The translations under genes and the position numbers were made by a program. From positions 1,488,001 through 1,552,000 of the forward strand of contig JBLDXI010000028.1 in the NCBI GenBank assembly GCA_047495785.1: DNA of 64,000 nt. Reading direction: 5' to 3'. Positions within the stretch are counted from its first letter, which is position 1. Each line of letters begins with the position of its first letter. Below the pieces are notes generated by a model. The model did no database searches and had not been told where the DNA came from. It saw only the letters and a program-made list of their open reading frames with translations. Shown here one piece after another: positions 1 to 11,385 of the stretch. Origin of the DNA: Lepidodermella squamata (lineage: Eukaryota > Animalia > Gastrotricha).

Positions 1-930
1 GTGCTGATTTTTCCTTGGGACACTATCAGCAACCTGCCCTGCTAGAAACGTCAGAGCTAGTAGGATCGTCACGGCAAAAACTGGCCGATCAGGCTTTTCT
101 GGTGGCATAGCAAAACATAGTAGCTGCAAACCAGACAACAATGAAGAAGGTATCATCAGATGCATGACGTAGTAGTCAGGTCTCCGCCGCATGACAATTG
201 AAAAAGCGACTTCACTCCTATGATTGCCATCGATATCAACTTGGTATAAAGCATACGAGGAGTTCAATAAATCCCAGTTGTCATTCGAAGTCAAGAAGCT
301 GTCGAAAACTCGAAAATTAACAGGATAAGCAAACGCAACGGCCAAAGCGTTTTCTTGCATTGTAAACACGATTTTGCACTCTTGTTTATCGAAAGGGAAG
401 TGCTGAAGGTCGAACGAGCATTGCGAGAGAAAAGATCCATAGCGGTTCCAGGTGAATTCTATCGAATGTTTCGGCGGGTTGGTGTATTTGAGGAAAAACC
501 TATTCACAAACCCTTCGTTCATTCCGAAATTGCGAGGGGTGTTGCGATGATTAATATTGGGCTTCCAGAATAGGTCCTTGTCCAAGAATAAGATGAATTG
601 GTAATCAGGTGTATAAGCTGGGCACGGGATTGTCCATACAAACCGCAGAGAGGCAGACAGTGTGAATGTTTCCTGCAAATCATCGATATCGTCCAAATGC
701 TCCGGTTGCAGCATGACTGTTACATTGGTTGGCGAGCATGGATACCCGCGACCTTGGCCTCTAATGCAAGTGGGCGTGTAAATTTCGGGGATAATGTTTG
801 GACATTTCTGCAGCAAATTGAAAGTTTGCTGTTTTGTGAGGCGTTCCAAGTTGTTTACATCAAGCAGGATTTGACCATAACCTGACGATGACGAGAATAT
901 TAAGACTGATATAATCAGCAAATTTTTCAT
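1..930 (-). CDS. Divergent pLGIC (Cys-loop/nAChR-like) subunit #1, 3' end runs off the window
   Basis: Not in the ORF track; translated by hand from ATG at 930: MKNLLIISVLIF (signal peptide)...KCPNIIPEIYTPTCIRG...C...WTIPC...FWKPNINHRN...CSFDLQHFPFDKQEC (Cys-loop)...M1...PDRPVFAVTILLALTFLAGQVADSVP (M2). The frame stays open to position 1. Confidence 0.92.
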   Translation of the reverse strand, partial: MKNLLIISVLIFSSSSGYGQILLDVNNLERLTKQQTFNLLQKCPNIIPEIYTPTCIRGQGRGYPCSPTNVTVMLQPEHLDDIDDLQETFTLSASLRFVWTIPCPAYTPDYQFILFLDKDLFWKPNINHRNTPRNFGMNEGFVNRFFLKYTNPPKHSIEFTWNRYGSFLSQCSFDLQHFPFDKQECKIVFTMQENALAVAFAYPVNFRVFDSFLTSNDNWDLLNSSYALYQVDIDGNHRSEVAFSIVMRRRPDYYVMHLMIPSSLLSGLQLLCFAMPPEKPDRPVFAVTILLALTFLAGQVADSVPRKNQH

Positions 931-960
931 TAAGAAGACGATGTTCAGGGCTAGATCCGA

Positions 961-968
961 TTATATAT
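961..968 (-). promoter_or_regulatory. Putative TATA box for pLGIC #1
   Basis: ATATATAA on the minus strand about 30 nt upstream of the ATG at 930. Confidence 0.45.
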
Positions 969-3173
969 GAAGGCATATTATCATAACAGTTATTAGGTCG
1001 ACATTATTCGGCTCGGTAGAGAGCACTTAGAATAGCGTGACTTATTTGTACTAATGAGTTACTTTGACGAGTGCAATTCTGACGATCCATGAGTGGAAAA
1101 ATGTGTCGCAATTTTCTGTAAAAATATGGGTTGCTTCAAGTGTCCCCAGCTCGTGAAAAGCGAGGACCCACCTCTTAGCGTGTTAGAGAGTATTCGAGAG
1201 CTTCTGATTTAACCTGAAAAAATCCCGATGGGGCTTCATGCTATGATTTAACTAGAAAACTCGAAGAAAACAGAACGAATGCCTATATCGTACAGCCAAT
1301 AACTGATTCACTACCCAGCTTTGTCACACTGAATGGCCATTAAATTCGAAGTGAATCCCCGGAGCCATCTGGGTTCGCGATTAATTTCATATATGAACAT
1401 TATAGATTATATATGGCAATAAAGCGCCGATATATTGCTCTGTTTTAGCAAATTTGCGATGACTGATGACTGCGGCGCAACCTGCTATTTAAGCTAAGCC
1501 TAATTGCCTTATCGTTAAAAAATATGGGAAAATTGAAGTGATTGCGTATTAAAAATTAACATATTATGGAGGAAATTCAGGCAAATGAGCGCGAGATTTT
1601 CCTAAAAGGCGTGCATAAAAGTGTTAAATGGTCACGAGGGCTAGCTTTCAGCCATTCATTCGGTTGTTGAAGATCGGAAAAGACACCCGCGCTCATTTCG
1701 AACCGTTGCTCTCATGCCATTTAGATAGTTTAGATTATATTTTAGATGGCATTAGCTTGGAATAGAATTTCATCCCGCAATTCGACCGAGCTCTTTCAGG
1801 CAAAATGTATGTATGTCATCGAAGATGAAACGGGTCGATCATCGATCAAATGAGACTTCCGCAAGAAAAGGGAAGAAATTGATGTTTTGTTTTGCCTTAA
1901 GGTAACCAAACACTGCTTTTTCGACTGTGACTGTCCATTCACACCATTGTGGAGTGAAAGCAGTTATGGATTGCGAGAGCTGTTCCCGCAGCAAGGGTCG
2001 TCACTGTTCTCGCTATAAAACGGCCTTGCAAAATTTATGAAACGTACTGGCACTCTGACAATGCATATTGTTCATTCATCGCCAATGAGCGTATGGGAAT
2101 GGATCTGACAATTGTCAGCATAATTGATGATCGGTGTCAAATCTATCGCTTCTGCTCGCCCCTTGTTCCGATAATTAATTAACATGTTTCAAAGATTATA
2201 CAGACATTGTTGCCAGTTGATCAGCTTGAATACTTCGACAATACCTCGACTATATCAATGATATCTGGTTCCAGTAGTTATAATCTGTTTTTAATCTGCT
2301 CTGCTATCGATTTTTGTTTATTAGAAATTTGACCTGATCCCAATTGCCTGTTTTTCTTGGCTTTTAATGACGAAAGTTGTTTCTACTCGCACTACAACCT
2401 ATCCGGGGTCAGCTATACGATAGCCATCTGCTGAAAAGCACCAGCTCAGTTGCGTGTGAAGAGTATATATCTTGGCCAAGTGTGTGCCACTTATTTGGTT
2501 TACAGCGTACTTTTTATCGACCTCGCCTACTCTTTAAGGACAAAAAAACTTGCGTTGAGTACCCTTGATAGGCCAAGTATTTAAGCAAGCTTGAAGTTAA
2601 TCGGCTTAGTAATCTCAATTTTCATTTGCTGCTACTGAATTTACTGGAACGCGTTTTTACGGATGCTTTTGATGGTATCTTACTTATCGGCAAGGCAGAA
2701 GCAGTCTCCCAAGCAGAAGAAGTCATCAACGAAAAAATTGCTCAATCCTAATGTAGATGAAGTTTTCGCTTGCGAAAGCCGCCCACACGATGCTAGTCTA
2801 CCAAGCAAACCGGTCGTTTCGAAAGTGCGAAAGTCCTCCAGCTCAAGTTCCTCCAAGTAGCGCTGTATTCCAGGATGACTTATGATTTATTCTCAATGGC
2901 TGCTGACTCTGTTTCTGTTAATAAAATTAATGCGGCAAAAGACAGTGGCTTTGTTGAAAAATACTACAAATGATGGCTATGCTTGTGTGGCTTCCGCCAG
3001 CCAATATTGCCATCATTTGCGATGTTAATTCGACTGAGTACACGTATAACTTACAACGAAGGTTTGAACAACATATTATTGGTAAATAATTACCTTGGGC
3101 AAATCATTTATAAGCAAATATTCTTGCAGAATGTACCTTACCAGTGTACCATTTGATAAAAGAAGGGTAGGAG

Positions 3174-4337
3174 ATGCTGAGCCGTTATCTTTTTTTGTTG
3201 ACGCCAACTTTCGTTTTGAGCGTAAAATCAAAGCCTGACGAAGAATTTATCGCCAACTGTTCGCAGTTTGGCAAGACAGTCTATACACCGACCTGCGTCG
3301 AAGGACGTTACATGACCGGGGAAGACTGTTCGCCAACTCAAGTTCAAATAACATTTATACCCCAACGCTTTCATGAAATCAACGATGTCTCCGAGACACT
3401 GACCATTTCTGGTTCTCTTGCTCTTTCATGGGAGGTCGACTGTGACAACTACTCCCTCCCCAAAGAGAGAACATTCTACATCGACGAAGACCTAGTTTGG
3501 AAACCACACATGCACCACAAGAATGCCATGCTAGATTTCGGCCTGACGCAAGGTTTTACTAGCAGGTTGTACGTATGGTACGTCTCTGATCGTTCAATCT
3601 ACGATCTCGAGGCAAACGTCCTGGTTTTCTGGCAAAGAGTTGGCGTATTCACATCCCACAGCCCGATGGATTACGAATACTTCCCGTTCGATAACCAGAT
3701 TTGTGAAATTGTTTTCGTAATGCAGGAGCATCAAAATGGCTCAGTATTCAAGCTGACACAATTCTCAAAAGTTGAGTCCTACTTCATGTCGAACAGCCAC
3801 GGAACTGGATGGACCTATGTTGGGTGGAGCGCGAAGGAAGCTTTCATCAATGTGAACGGCAATCGCAGTGCTGCTGTATTTGCGATGCATTTCAAACGAA
3901 AGCCTGAGTATTACGTTTACTACTTGATGGTTCCAATTCTTCTGCTAACTATCCTCGAACTAGCTGGGTTCATCATTCCGCCGAGGATTCCTGACAGGCC
4001 AATCTATCAAGTCACAATCTTACTCGCAATGACGTTTCTCCAAGGTGAGATATTGCAGAGAGTGCCTCAAAAATCACAGAGGATTTTTTTGAATAATTAC
4101 ACGGATATTTCAGCAATTATTTGCTGGAGTAGCACGATTTATTCCTTGGCCATTATGGCTTTTGTGACAACTTACAAGAAGTGGTACAGTACCCCTCTTC
4201 AGTCGAAATTTATGTCGAAATTCAGTCTAACGCCAGCCAGGATTGCAGATTTAGCTGCTGCTTGTTTTATGATTTTTATATTTTTAGGCAATAATTCTTA
4301 TGCGATTTCAATAGCTAAAGAGCGTGGGTGTTTCTAA
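3174..4337 (+). CDS. Divergent intronless pLGIC subunit #2 (first Cys-loop Cys replaced by Ser)
   Basis: Signal peptide, WKP motif, SPMDYEYFPFDNQIC loop, KRKPEYY pre-M1, PDRPIYQVTILLAMTF M2, four TM helices. Confidence 0.93.
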   Translation: MLSRYLFLLTPTFVLSVKSKPDEEFIANCSQFGKTVYTPTCVEGRYMTGEDCSPTQVQITFIPQRFHEINDVSETLTISGSLALSWEVDCDNYSLPKERTFYIDEDLVWKPHMHHKNAMLDFGLTQGFTSRLYVWYVSDRSIYDLEANVLVFWQRVGVFTSHSPMDYEYFPFDNQICEIVFVMQEHQNGSVFKLTQFSKVESYFMSNSHGTGWTYVGWSAKEAFINVNGNRSAAVFAMHFKRKPEYYVYYLMVPILLLTILELAGFIIPPRIPDRPIYQVTILLAMTFLQGEILQRVPQKSQRIFLNNYTDISAIICWSSTIYSLAIMAFVTTYKKWYSTPLQSKFMSKFSLTPARIADLAAACFMIFIFLGNNSYAISIAKERGCF

Positions 4338-4531
4338 ACTACTTTGTGTGAAATGTGCGAAAAACTAATAAATCGATCAAATCGGGAAAAATCCACCATC
4401 AAGCTTCCACAATGATCACATCAATGAACCTCAACATAATATATGATTGAAACATTTTCCCGGCAATTTCGAAAGCCACGCGAGCTTTAATGGCATGGAG
4501 TTCGCGTATGATCATGAATATGAACTTGATA

Positions 4532-6943
4532 TTAATTGGATCCTCCCATCATCTGCTTCGATGAACCCGAGAATACGCCGATTTTGGAGTTTTCAACCTT
4601 TGCCACCGGCCATCGATTCGACCAAACTGGGTAGTTCAATATCAGATAGATGGAGTTGGAATACATAAGTGACCCAACCACAACGACCGTGATTTGATTG
4701 ATTTCAGATCCCGACATTAGATAGACAATCAGAAGGAAAGCAAAGTAAATGGTTGTTGCGTTTCCTATTGCCATTCTTTGAAGGTTACTTTCGAACTTGT
4801 AAAACACCAGCGGTGTCTTGAGCTTGGTCCGACTGTCGTAAGCGAAGAAACAGCTGACAAGTAGGATGAAGCCATTTATACCTATTATTGCTCCAAGCCA
4901 CGAGAATTCATCTCCTGAGCTGCAGAAATAATTTTTGATGTCATAATACGAGTCAAGATTTTCGTCGAAGCTAACAGGTGTGGTTGAATGCCCAACTTTG
5001 AAGGGATCAACTCCGAATATCCAAATCAGTACAACAGCTAGGATACACGTAGAAGCAAGGAAGGATGCGAAGGACTGCAGTCTTTTGGACGTTGGCACTC
5101 GCTTGCTCATGTGACTGTTGAAATCAGCTGCAGTTATGCTATTGGCTTTGCTCTGAGACATTAGGTTTCTCAGAGATCGCATGATATCGCGTAACCCAAA
5201 CATTCGGACCAGCATCACTAGATTGCAAATTGTTATACCTATGGACGTGAACAACGGGCGAATCTGGCATAAAGCATCTGGGTAGTACGAAATTTCTAAC
5301 AGCAACAAAATTGCTCCCAAGTCTAGGATTACACACCCGAACAGAAGGAGAGAATTCGTTGGACAGTCGAAAAAGAAGATGAATTTTTCTCGATTAGCAT
5401 TCCGAGACAGCGAAAGATAAATCGACACATGCGTTATTGTTGAAGCTATAGCGATCGATAATAACACGCCAAAGGACGACGCTGGGAACTCGGATGATAG
5501 GTGGATTACCTGGGACAGGTCTTTGGGGGGCTGTCCAGACTTGGTATACCAAACTGGGGCACTCATTGGAGTCAGTTTCCAAGTACTAGCGTTTTTCAGT
5601 GTTCTGATGTCATTATCAGTTCGAGTGATTTTGTAGACAATACGAACAGATCCAGGAACCTGCTGTACTACGAAAACGTCTTCGTTGTCGATCAGCAAGC
5701 GTTCAGAAAATCGAATCCTTCCAACCCTTAAACCAACAAAATCCGTCAAAGCTGTACTGGCATTTACAACGTGCCGGACCAAATCTGGATTAGTCGAAAA
5801 GTCTTTCAAGCTCATGTTGTACTTTTCCCGTAGTACGGCTTCGCTTCTGTTCAAGGCTAGGATGGTACCCATAGCTGCGTCATGGCAGATGTGCCTTTGA
5901 TTCATATCCCCGACTCTTGTGCCGTTTAGCTCTCTGGCTAGATAGGCTTCGAAATAATCGTTATCATAGCCAAATGAAGTCGGTTCGAATTTTTCCCAAG
6001 CAAACTGAACCAAACCGAAGAAAAAGGTAACCTTCAGCATTTCGGCTATCATTAACCTTGTACAGCCTGGTATCAATGGCAAGCTGGGATCGGCAGCTGT
6101 GGTATAGGCGAAGAAATTAACGATGTAAACGTAGTAAGGAGCTGTCATGCCGGCATTGTACGCTAAGCAGAGAAACTTCACGTAGTTCGCCCCGATATTC
6201 CCATGAGCCATTACAATGACTCGCGCCCCGCTAGATTTGATGGCATCAATCACATCTTGATTCACCTCGGGTTCACTTCCGAAATAGGGCACGTCAATGT
6301 CATTCTCAGCGAAAATGTTCTGTAGCATTCGCCCGAAAATGTCGTCATTGGCATTTGCTGATGACGTGAATATAGCCATTTGATTCCATCCACCAACTTT
6401 TCTCGCGAACAGCGGAATGAGGTTGCCAATATTTTCGTAAGGTCCCTGGGCTCGATACAAGTGGTTATACAAGTTCCGTCTTGCAATAAGAATAGGGCCA
6501 GCGCACCCTTCGGCAAACTGAATGAACTTGTTGACCTTGACTGTCAGTGCATTGGCTAGAAAAGAGCTTTTTTACATTCTATTTTCGAAAAATGACCTGG
6601 AAAACTTACTCTGACAAGCTAACGAAGTTCCAATCACCATAGGAGACATGTAGGAATTGTTCATTAGATTTCCTTCAAACTCCCATAAGAAGTTCACAAA
6701 ACTCTGAGAGGCTCTTGCCGCAGCTGATCCTTCATCTTTGAGTACCATCCGAATGTGATAATCCGGCAGAATGTCGTTGCGTGAATTCACCGTATCAATC
6801 ACTAATTTAGCCGCCGCGCTGCAAGCCGTCGGAATATTTGGGCTGCTCAATGGCATCATATTCAACATAACTAGCTCATTGGGCTTTCTTGACTGGGCAA
6901 ATGCAAAAGCGTGAATGCAAACCAGTATAATATAGCGAGACAT
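4532..6943 (-). CDS. Class C GPCR, GABA-B receptor-like (Venus flytrap + 7TM), 2 exons, ~785 aa
   Basis: Exon 1 6943-6610, GT-AG intron 6609-6556, exon 2 6555-4532 join in frame (ACQ-T-NALTVK). Signal peptide, VNSRNDILPDY VFT motif, seven hydrophobic helices with TM3 and ECL2 Cys, no cysteine-rich domain. Confidence 0.9.
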
Positions 6944-7699
6944 TTTCGTTGATATTCGAGACTGAAGCGGTACTGCTTTAAAATGCTGCTTTTAAGGTCA
7001 AGTTTGCTAATTAGGGTGAGTGGCGTATATTCATCAACATGTAATTGGTGTTTTCGAGAATTTAAGGGGTACAACGAGACGTTGATACTTGACACCCATC
7101 CAGCTCATTAAAAAGCTGTCATGGAATTCTCGCGATGACACGACTTGCGCTAACCTTTATCGTGATGAAAGAGTCTAGGTAATAAGAAAACAGGCGGCAG
7201 ACGCCGACGAAAGTCTCTCAGAACAGGGCCATGGATCTTATTACACCTTAATTAAACATTCCATGGTTAATTAAAATAATGGGAGCTCGTTAAATATTAC
7301 TTATCACCTTGAAATCGCATACGATTGCAAAAATATAGAATTGTATTTCTTCAAAAACGCCTTATATATGATTCAGCCAGATTTTGGATGGATGTTTAAA
7401 AGCATGAACCGCCAGTTCAAAGAAAATTAAAGAATTTATGCTTCTTAAAATGTAGAAGGACTTTCGATTTTCCGGAAACTGAGAGTAGATCAAATACTTA
7501 TCGAAATAGAACATATATGCCATGGGACATTAGAGTTAGGAATGTCAGCTTGAAATGGTTCCACCGTTTCCAGTTAATGCAGGTTTCCTGTTCTATCCAG
7601 AACGTGTAGCTATGCAGCTACCCAGAATTGAATACGATTCCTAGTTACCAGGCGGAAAAAATCAGGAAAAATCATGAGCTCATTGATTTTTGATGCCTG

Positions 7700-7777
7700 C
7701 ATGAGACACCTATCACTTTGCCTTCTCTTGTTTGAATAGCAAGACGTGCCCTTTCCTCGCAAGCATAGGTTTTTTTA
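7700..7777. repeat. Duplicated 3' flank, copy 1 (copy 2 at 12681-12762)
   Basis: catgagacacctatcactt..ccttctctt..gtttgaatagcaagacgtgcc.tttcctcgc.agcataggtttttt is near-identical at both loci. Confidence 0.85.
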
Positions 7778-8956
7778 TTACAAATTCCCGGTTCTATTCA
7801 TTGTTACTACCCAGTGTAGGACAATTCCGAGGTACCAGGCGAGAAAAATCAGGAATACAACGCAATCAATCAGCCTGTGGCGTTTTATGCGTCTCAGAGC
7901 GCCTTCTTTCATTACAGGCTGCTTGAACCATTCTTTAAACGTATTCGAATAGCCGCAGCTTACCAGAAAATATAACGTGTTAATCCAAACGAAGAGCTGG
8001 CACAAATCGGTGAAGGTCAATATGTGTACTTGCTCGGTTTTCGGCGGCACCCGATCTAGAATTTCACCCTGAAAGAATATCAAGGTCAGCAGGATCGTAA
8101 TACCAAACACAGCCCGGTCAGCAGCAGTTGGCGATATAGCAAAGGCCGATAGTTCTAACAAAGCGAGCATAGCGCATGGCAGCATTAAGTGGTAGATATA
8201 AAATATCGGGTTTCGTTTCATTAGAAAAGCAGTTTCGAAAACTGTCAGATTTCGCCCGTTCTTCTCCGATTTATAGTAAGATCTATAACTTCCATTTTCG
8301 GAGTACCAGTTGTCATTTGAACCGGAATAGCTGTCTTTGAATCTTACAAATGAGTCGTTTGTGAATGAGACGATTTCACTGGGCTCGTCGAGAGCCAGCT
8401 CGACCACACAAGTTTGGTTATCAAATGGGAAGAGCGTGAAGTCCAAATCGCATAAAGCCGTCATTGCGCCAACTTTTCGCCACCTAAATGTAAATCTTTG
8501 ATCAACTAGACTATACCAGATCTCCATATCTTCTACAAAACCATCAGTCATCTCGTTGTTAAAGACAGCATTTTGATGGTAGAGATGCGGCTTCCACAAA
8601 GCCGCTGGATCCACGCGAGTTCGGAAGTCAGCGCCTGGTTTGTAAGACTCGCACTCTATTGTCCATGTCGCCGTTATCCAAGCAGATAACGTGTATGCCT
8701 CATCCTCATCGTCTACGTTCCACAGATAAGCTGGTTCGTATAGGATCGCTATACCAAGAGGTTTACATCCCTCCTTGTTGAGCTGGCCACGTGGGCATAG
8801 AGGCGTATAACTCTCCGGTGATAGATGTGAACAGTTGCGTAACAGCTCAATTGCTGCTCTGTTGGTTAGCGAAGTAAGCTCGTTACCAACGGCGAACAAA
8901 ACCAGGGCCGAGAGAGATAACAGCAAGAAGAAAACAGCTTTCAATTTAAATAACAT
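7778..8956 (-). CDS. Divergent intronless pLGIC subunit #3
   Basis: Signal peptide, CDLDFTLFPFDNQTC Cys-loop, ADRAVFGITILLTLIF M2, 4 TM; close paralog of 12763-13941. Confidence 0.93.
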   Translation of the reverse strand: MLFKLKAVFFLLLSLSALVLFAVGNELTSLTNRAAIELLRNCSHLSPESYTPLCPRGQLNKEGCKPLGIAILYEPAYLWNVDDEDEAYTLSAWITATWTIECESYKPGADFRTRVDPAALWKPHLYHQNAVFNNEMTDGFVEDMEIWYSLVDQRFTFRWRKVGAMTALCDLDFTLFPFDNQTCVVELALDEPSEIVSFTNDSFVRFKDSYSGSNDNWYSENGSYRSYYKSEKNGRNLTVFETAFLMKRNPIFYIYHLMLPCAMLALLELSAFAISPTAADRAVFGITILLTLIFFQGEILDRVPPKTEQVHILTFTDLCQLFVWINTLYFLVSCGYSNTFKEWFKQPVMKEGALRRIKRHRLIDCVVFLIFLAWYLGIVLHWVVTMNRTGNL

Positions 8957-11385
8957 TGTTCAGGGTCACATGATATACCTAGTTCTAACTTAAAAGTAGT
9001 CCATAGATCGGTGAATCACGTTCACGCTCAATTTACACAAGCCGTTCAAGCGTGCCATGTTAGAAGAGATAGACCTGGCGGTTGAGTTGAGCTAGCCCTC
9101 CAGTGACCCCCGGTGAGTGAAAAGTGCTAACCGAATACTTTTTCTTTGCTGGGCCTAGTCGAAGCGCTGCTTCTTAAAAACTAGGAGAGAGTGTCTTTCC
9201 GTGATTCGTAGCTATTGTGCTAGAAAAACATACGCAAGGTGATATGTTGAATGTTGACACACAGAAAAAATCATTATGCAAAAGAATCAGGGTAAATCAT
9301 CCCTAGATCCTGTGACCTTATTTCTCTGCTTACATTGTGCGATGTGCGATTTCTTTCCTTATCTAAAGAAAAAATTGGCTCAACTGATGGAAAAGTAACG
9401 CATTGTTTAAAGGCACACTATATTGCATTTCAAAAGCAGGAGAAACAGTACAACATGTATAAAACAATACAGGAGCAAGAGAGTAGAGTTGCGCGCCTTA
9501 GTTAAACTTAGGTTGAAATGCCTTTCATTTATATGCTGCATACGTCCTACTCTACGCGCGGCACAGAGTAAACGTGTCACCTGGGCTTAGTACTTCGATG
9601 TGCCGCGAACACTTGATTATAAATCAGTCAAGCAAATGATCACCTGTTATTCCAGAATTACAAGCACAAATCCCATTTCGCACATCTAGATCTGCGCGCC
9701 AGAACGGTGTGCCGGAAAGAGGAACAAAAGAGGATTAGCCAAGTCAATCGTGTATCCGATCGCTAGAAAAAGCAGAACGCCAGTTTTTGTGCATCAAAAG
9801 CAGCACGACGTTTGTTTCTATTTACAGCACACAGCACACTGTTCCGGCGCTCAAGTCGCGATATAAATTATTGAGAGCGGATAGCGAGAAATATTCGCAA
9901 TACGTAGAATTCAGTATGGGAAAAGTTTGCGCAGATTCGGTGATTTGCTAGTGGGGGTCGTCGCTAGAGTGGACTTCTCGTATAAAGTTGATAGTGGTGT
10001 CAAAATGTAGCTCTCATCGTGAAGTAAAAAAAGCATTACAACCAGTGCCGTGATAGCCTCTCACCTTCTTACATAACGTCCCAAAGAAAAACCCAGTCCT
10101 GCACAATTTAGTAGGGGAAAAATTTGGTTTTCAAGGTTTTTCATGGGTCCCCTACAAAGTAGGGAAAATTTTGTAAAAGGTTTGAAAACAAACGTTTCAA
10201 AGCAGTATGACCTCAAATTTTTTGTATCAGAAAGTGAATATAACATTTACATATTTCAAAAATAAATAAATTGCATCCAAGGTCGATTTTTTGGGTCTAT
10301 GAATGATCGAATGGAGGTCGGAGTATTAGCGTCAGTTTGAGAAGAAACGAAATCAAAATAAACAAGCTATTGAAAGCGGTTTGCATCAGTCCTCAAAATT
10401 TTAGACCGCATGATATTATCAAAAAGGATAGGATTAGGACTGAGCACGCCAAAGGTCGAGCAGAGACGACGGATGATGATTTTCCACTATCAATTTCAAA
10501 CCTAGTCTCAAATAATCTCACCACTACTAAAGATTATTTCGCTAAATTTAGGACAATTTGTAAGGGGAGCTTTTGCATACATACTCTCATGTAAAAACGT
10601 TAGGGCTCTGTGTTTTTCTTCGCATTGGCTCCACCATCCTCTTGTTATGGAGTTCAAATCAGCGGTTTCCTATAGTTCGTTTGTTGAGGGTGTATTTGAG
10701 CCGACTATACGAAACATCTCTTGTGAGACAATAATTTATTTGGAAGCTCATACGCCCAGAAGAGGGCAGAGGGCAGCTTGACAATGTTTGGGAAAACAAC
10801 ATATATATGCACGACAAGTTCAGATTTAGGACTAAGGTGTATCCAAGGGAAACTAAGTTATGGCTAGGAAAAAACAAAGTTGTGGATCAGACACTTGATC
10901 AATTATGTTCCGATGATAGTAACAAACTATAACAACGAACATCGCAACAGTTATAAATAGTAATAAAGTAACAATAGCATCAAGTTGATAGATCTGCAGA
11001 AAGATGAATTCTAGTAAAATAATATCCCTTGGTATATTATAAACGCGCTTACTGGCGATCCCAATCCTTCGTCAAACAGGGTAGCCTTTTAACGGCTTTT
11101 TAACACTGTCATCGCGTTGTACTTGAAAAGATCCGCCTGTTTAATTATGTGTATTACAAATACAACCTAGAGCGACTTCTTTCTAACGTTTGAAGAAAGC
11201 AGCTGCCAGTTTTAATTATTTATAAACCGCCAATACAGCAGGATAAGAGCCGCTCTTGTCCAATGTAAGCAATGACTCACTACCGTAAATTAACAGATCT
11301 CATAGCCTCGTAATTCACTTTTTTTCCAGGAATTTTCGAGCCCCTGAAATATGTAATTTCTTTCGCCAGATCAAGTTTTATTACT

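Noticed and set aside
2663-2860. 65-aa Lys/Ser-rich ORF with a short internal repeat
   Set aside because: Low complexity with no recognisable domain or supporting gene structure
9000-11380. Long gene-free spacers (also 1000-3100, 23700-24800, 53100-54200) as possible ncRNA or TE loci
   Set aside because: No tRNA, rRNA or snRNA motifs, terminal repeats or convincing ORFs recognisable by eye; a covariance-model and repeat search would be needed
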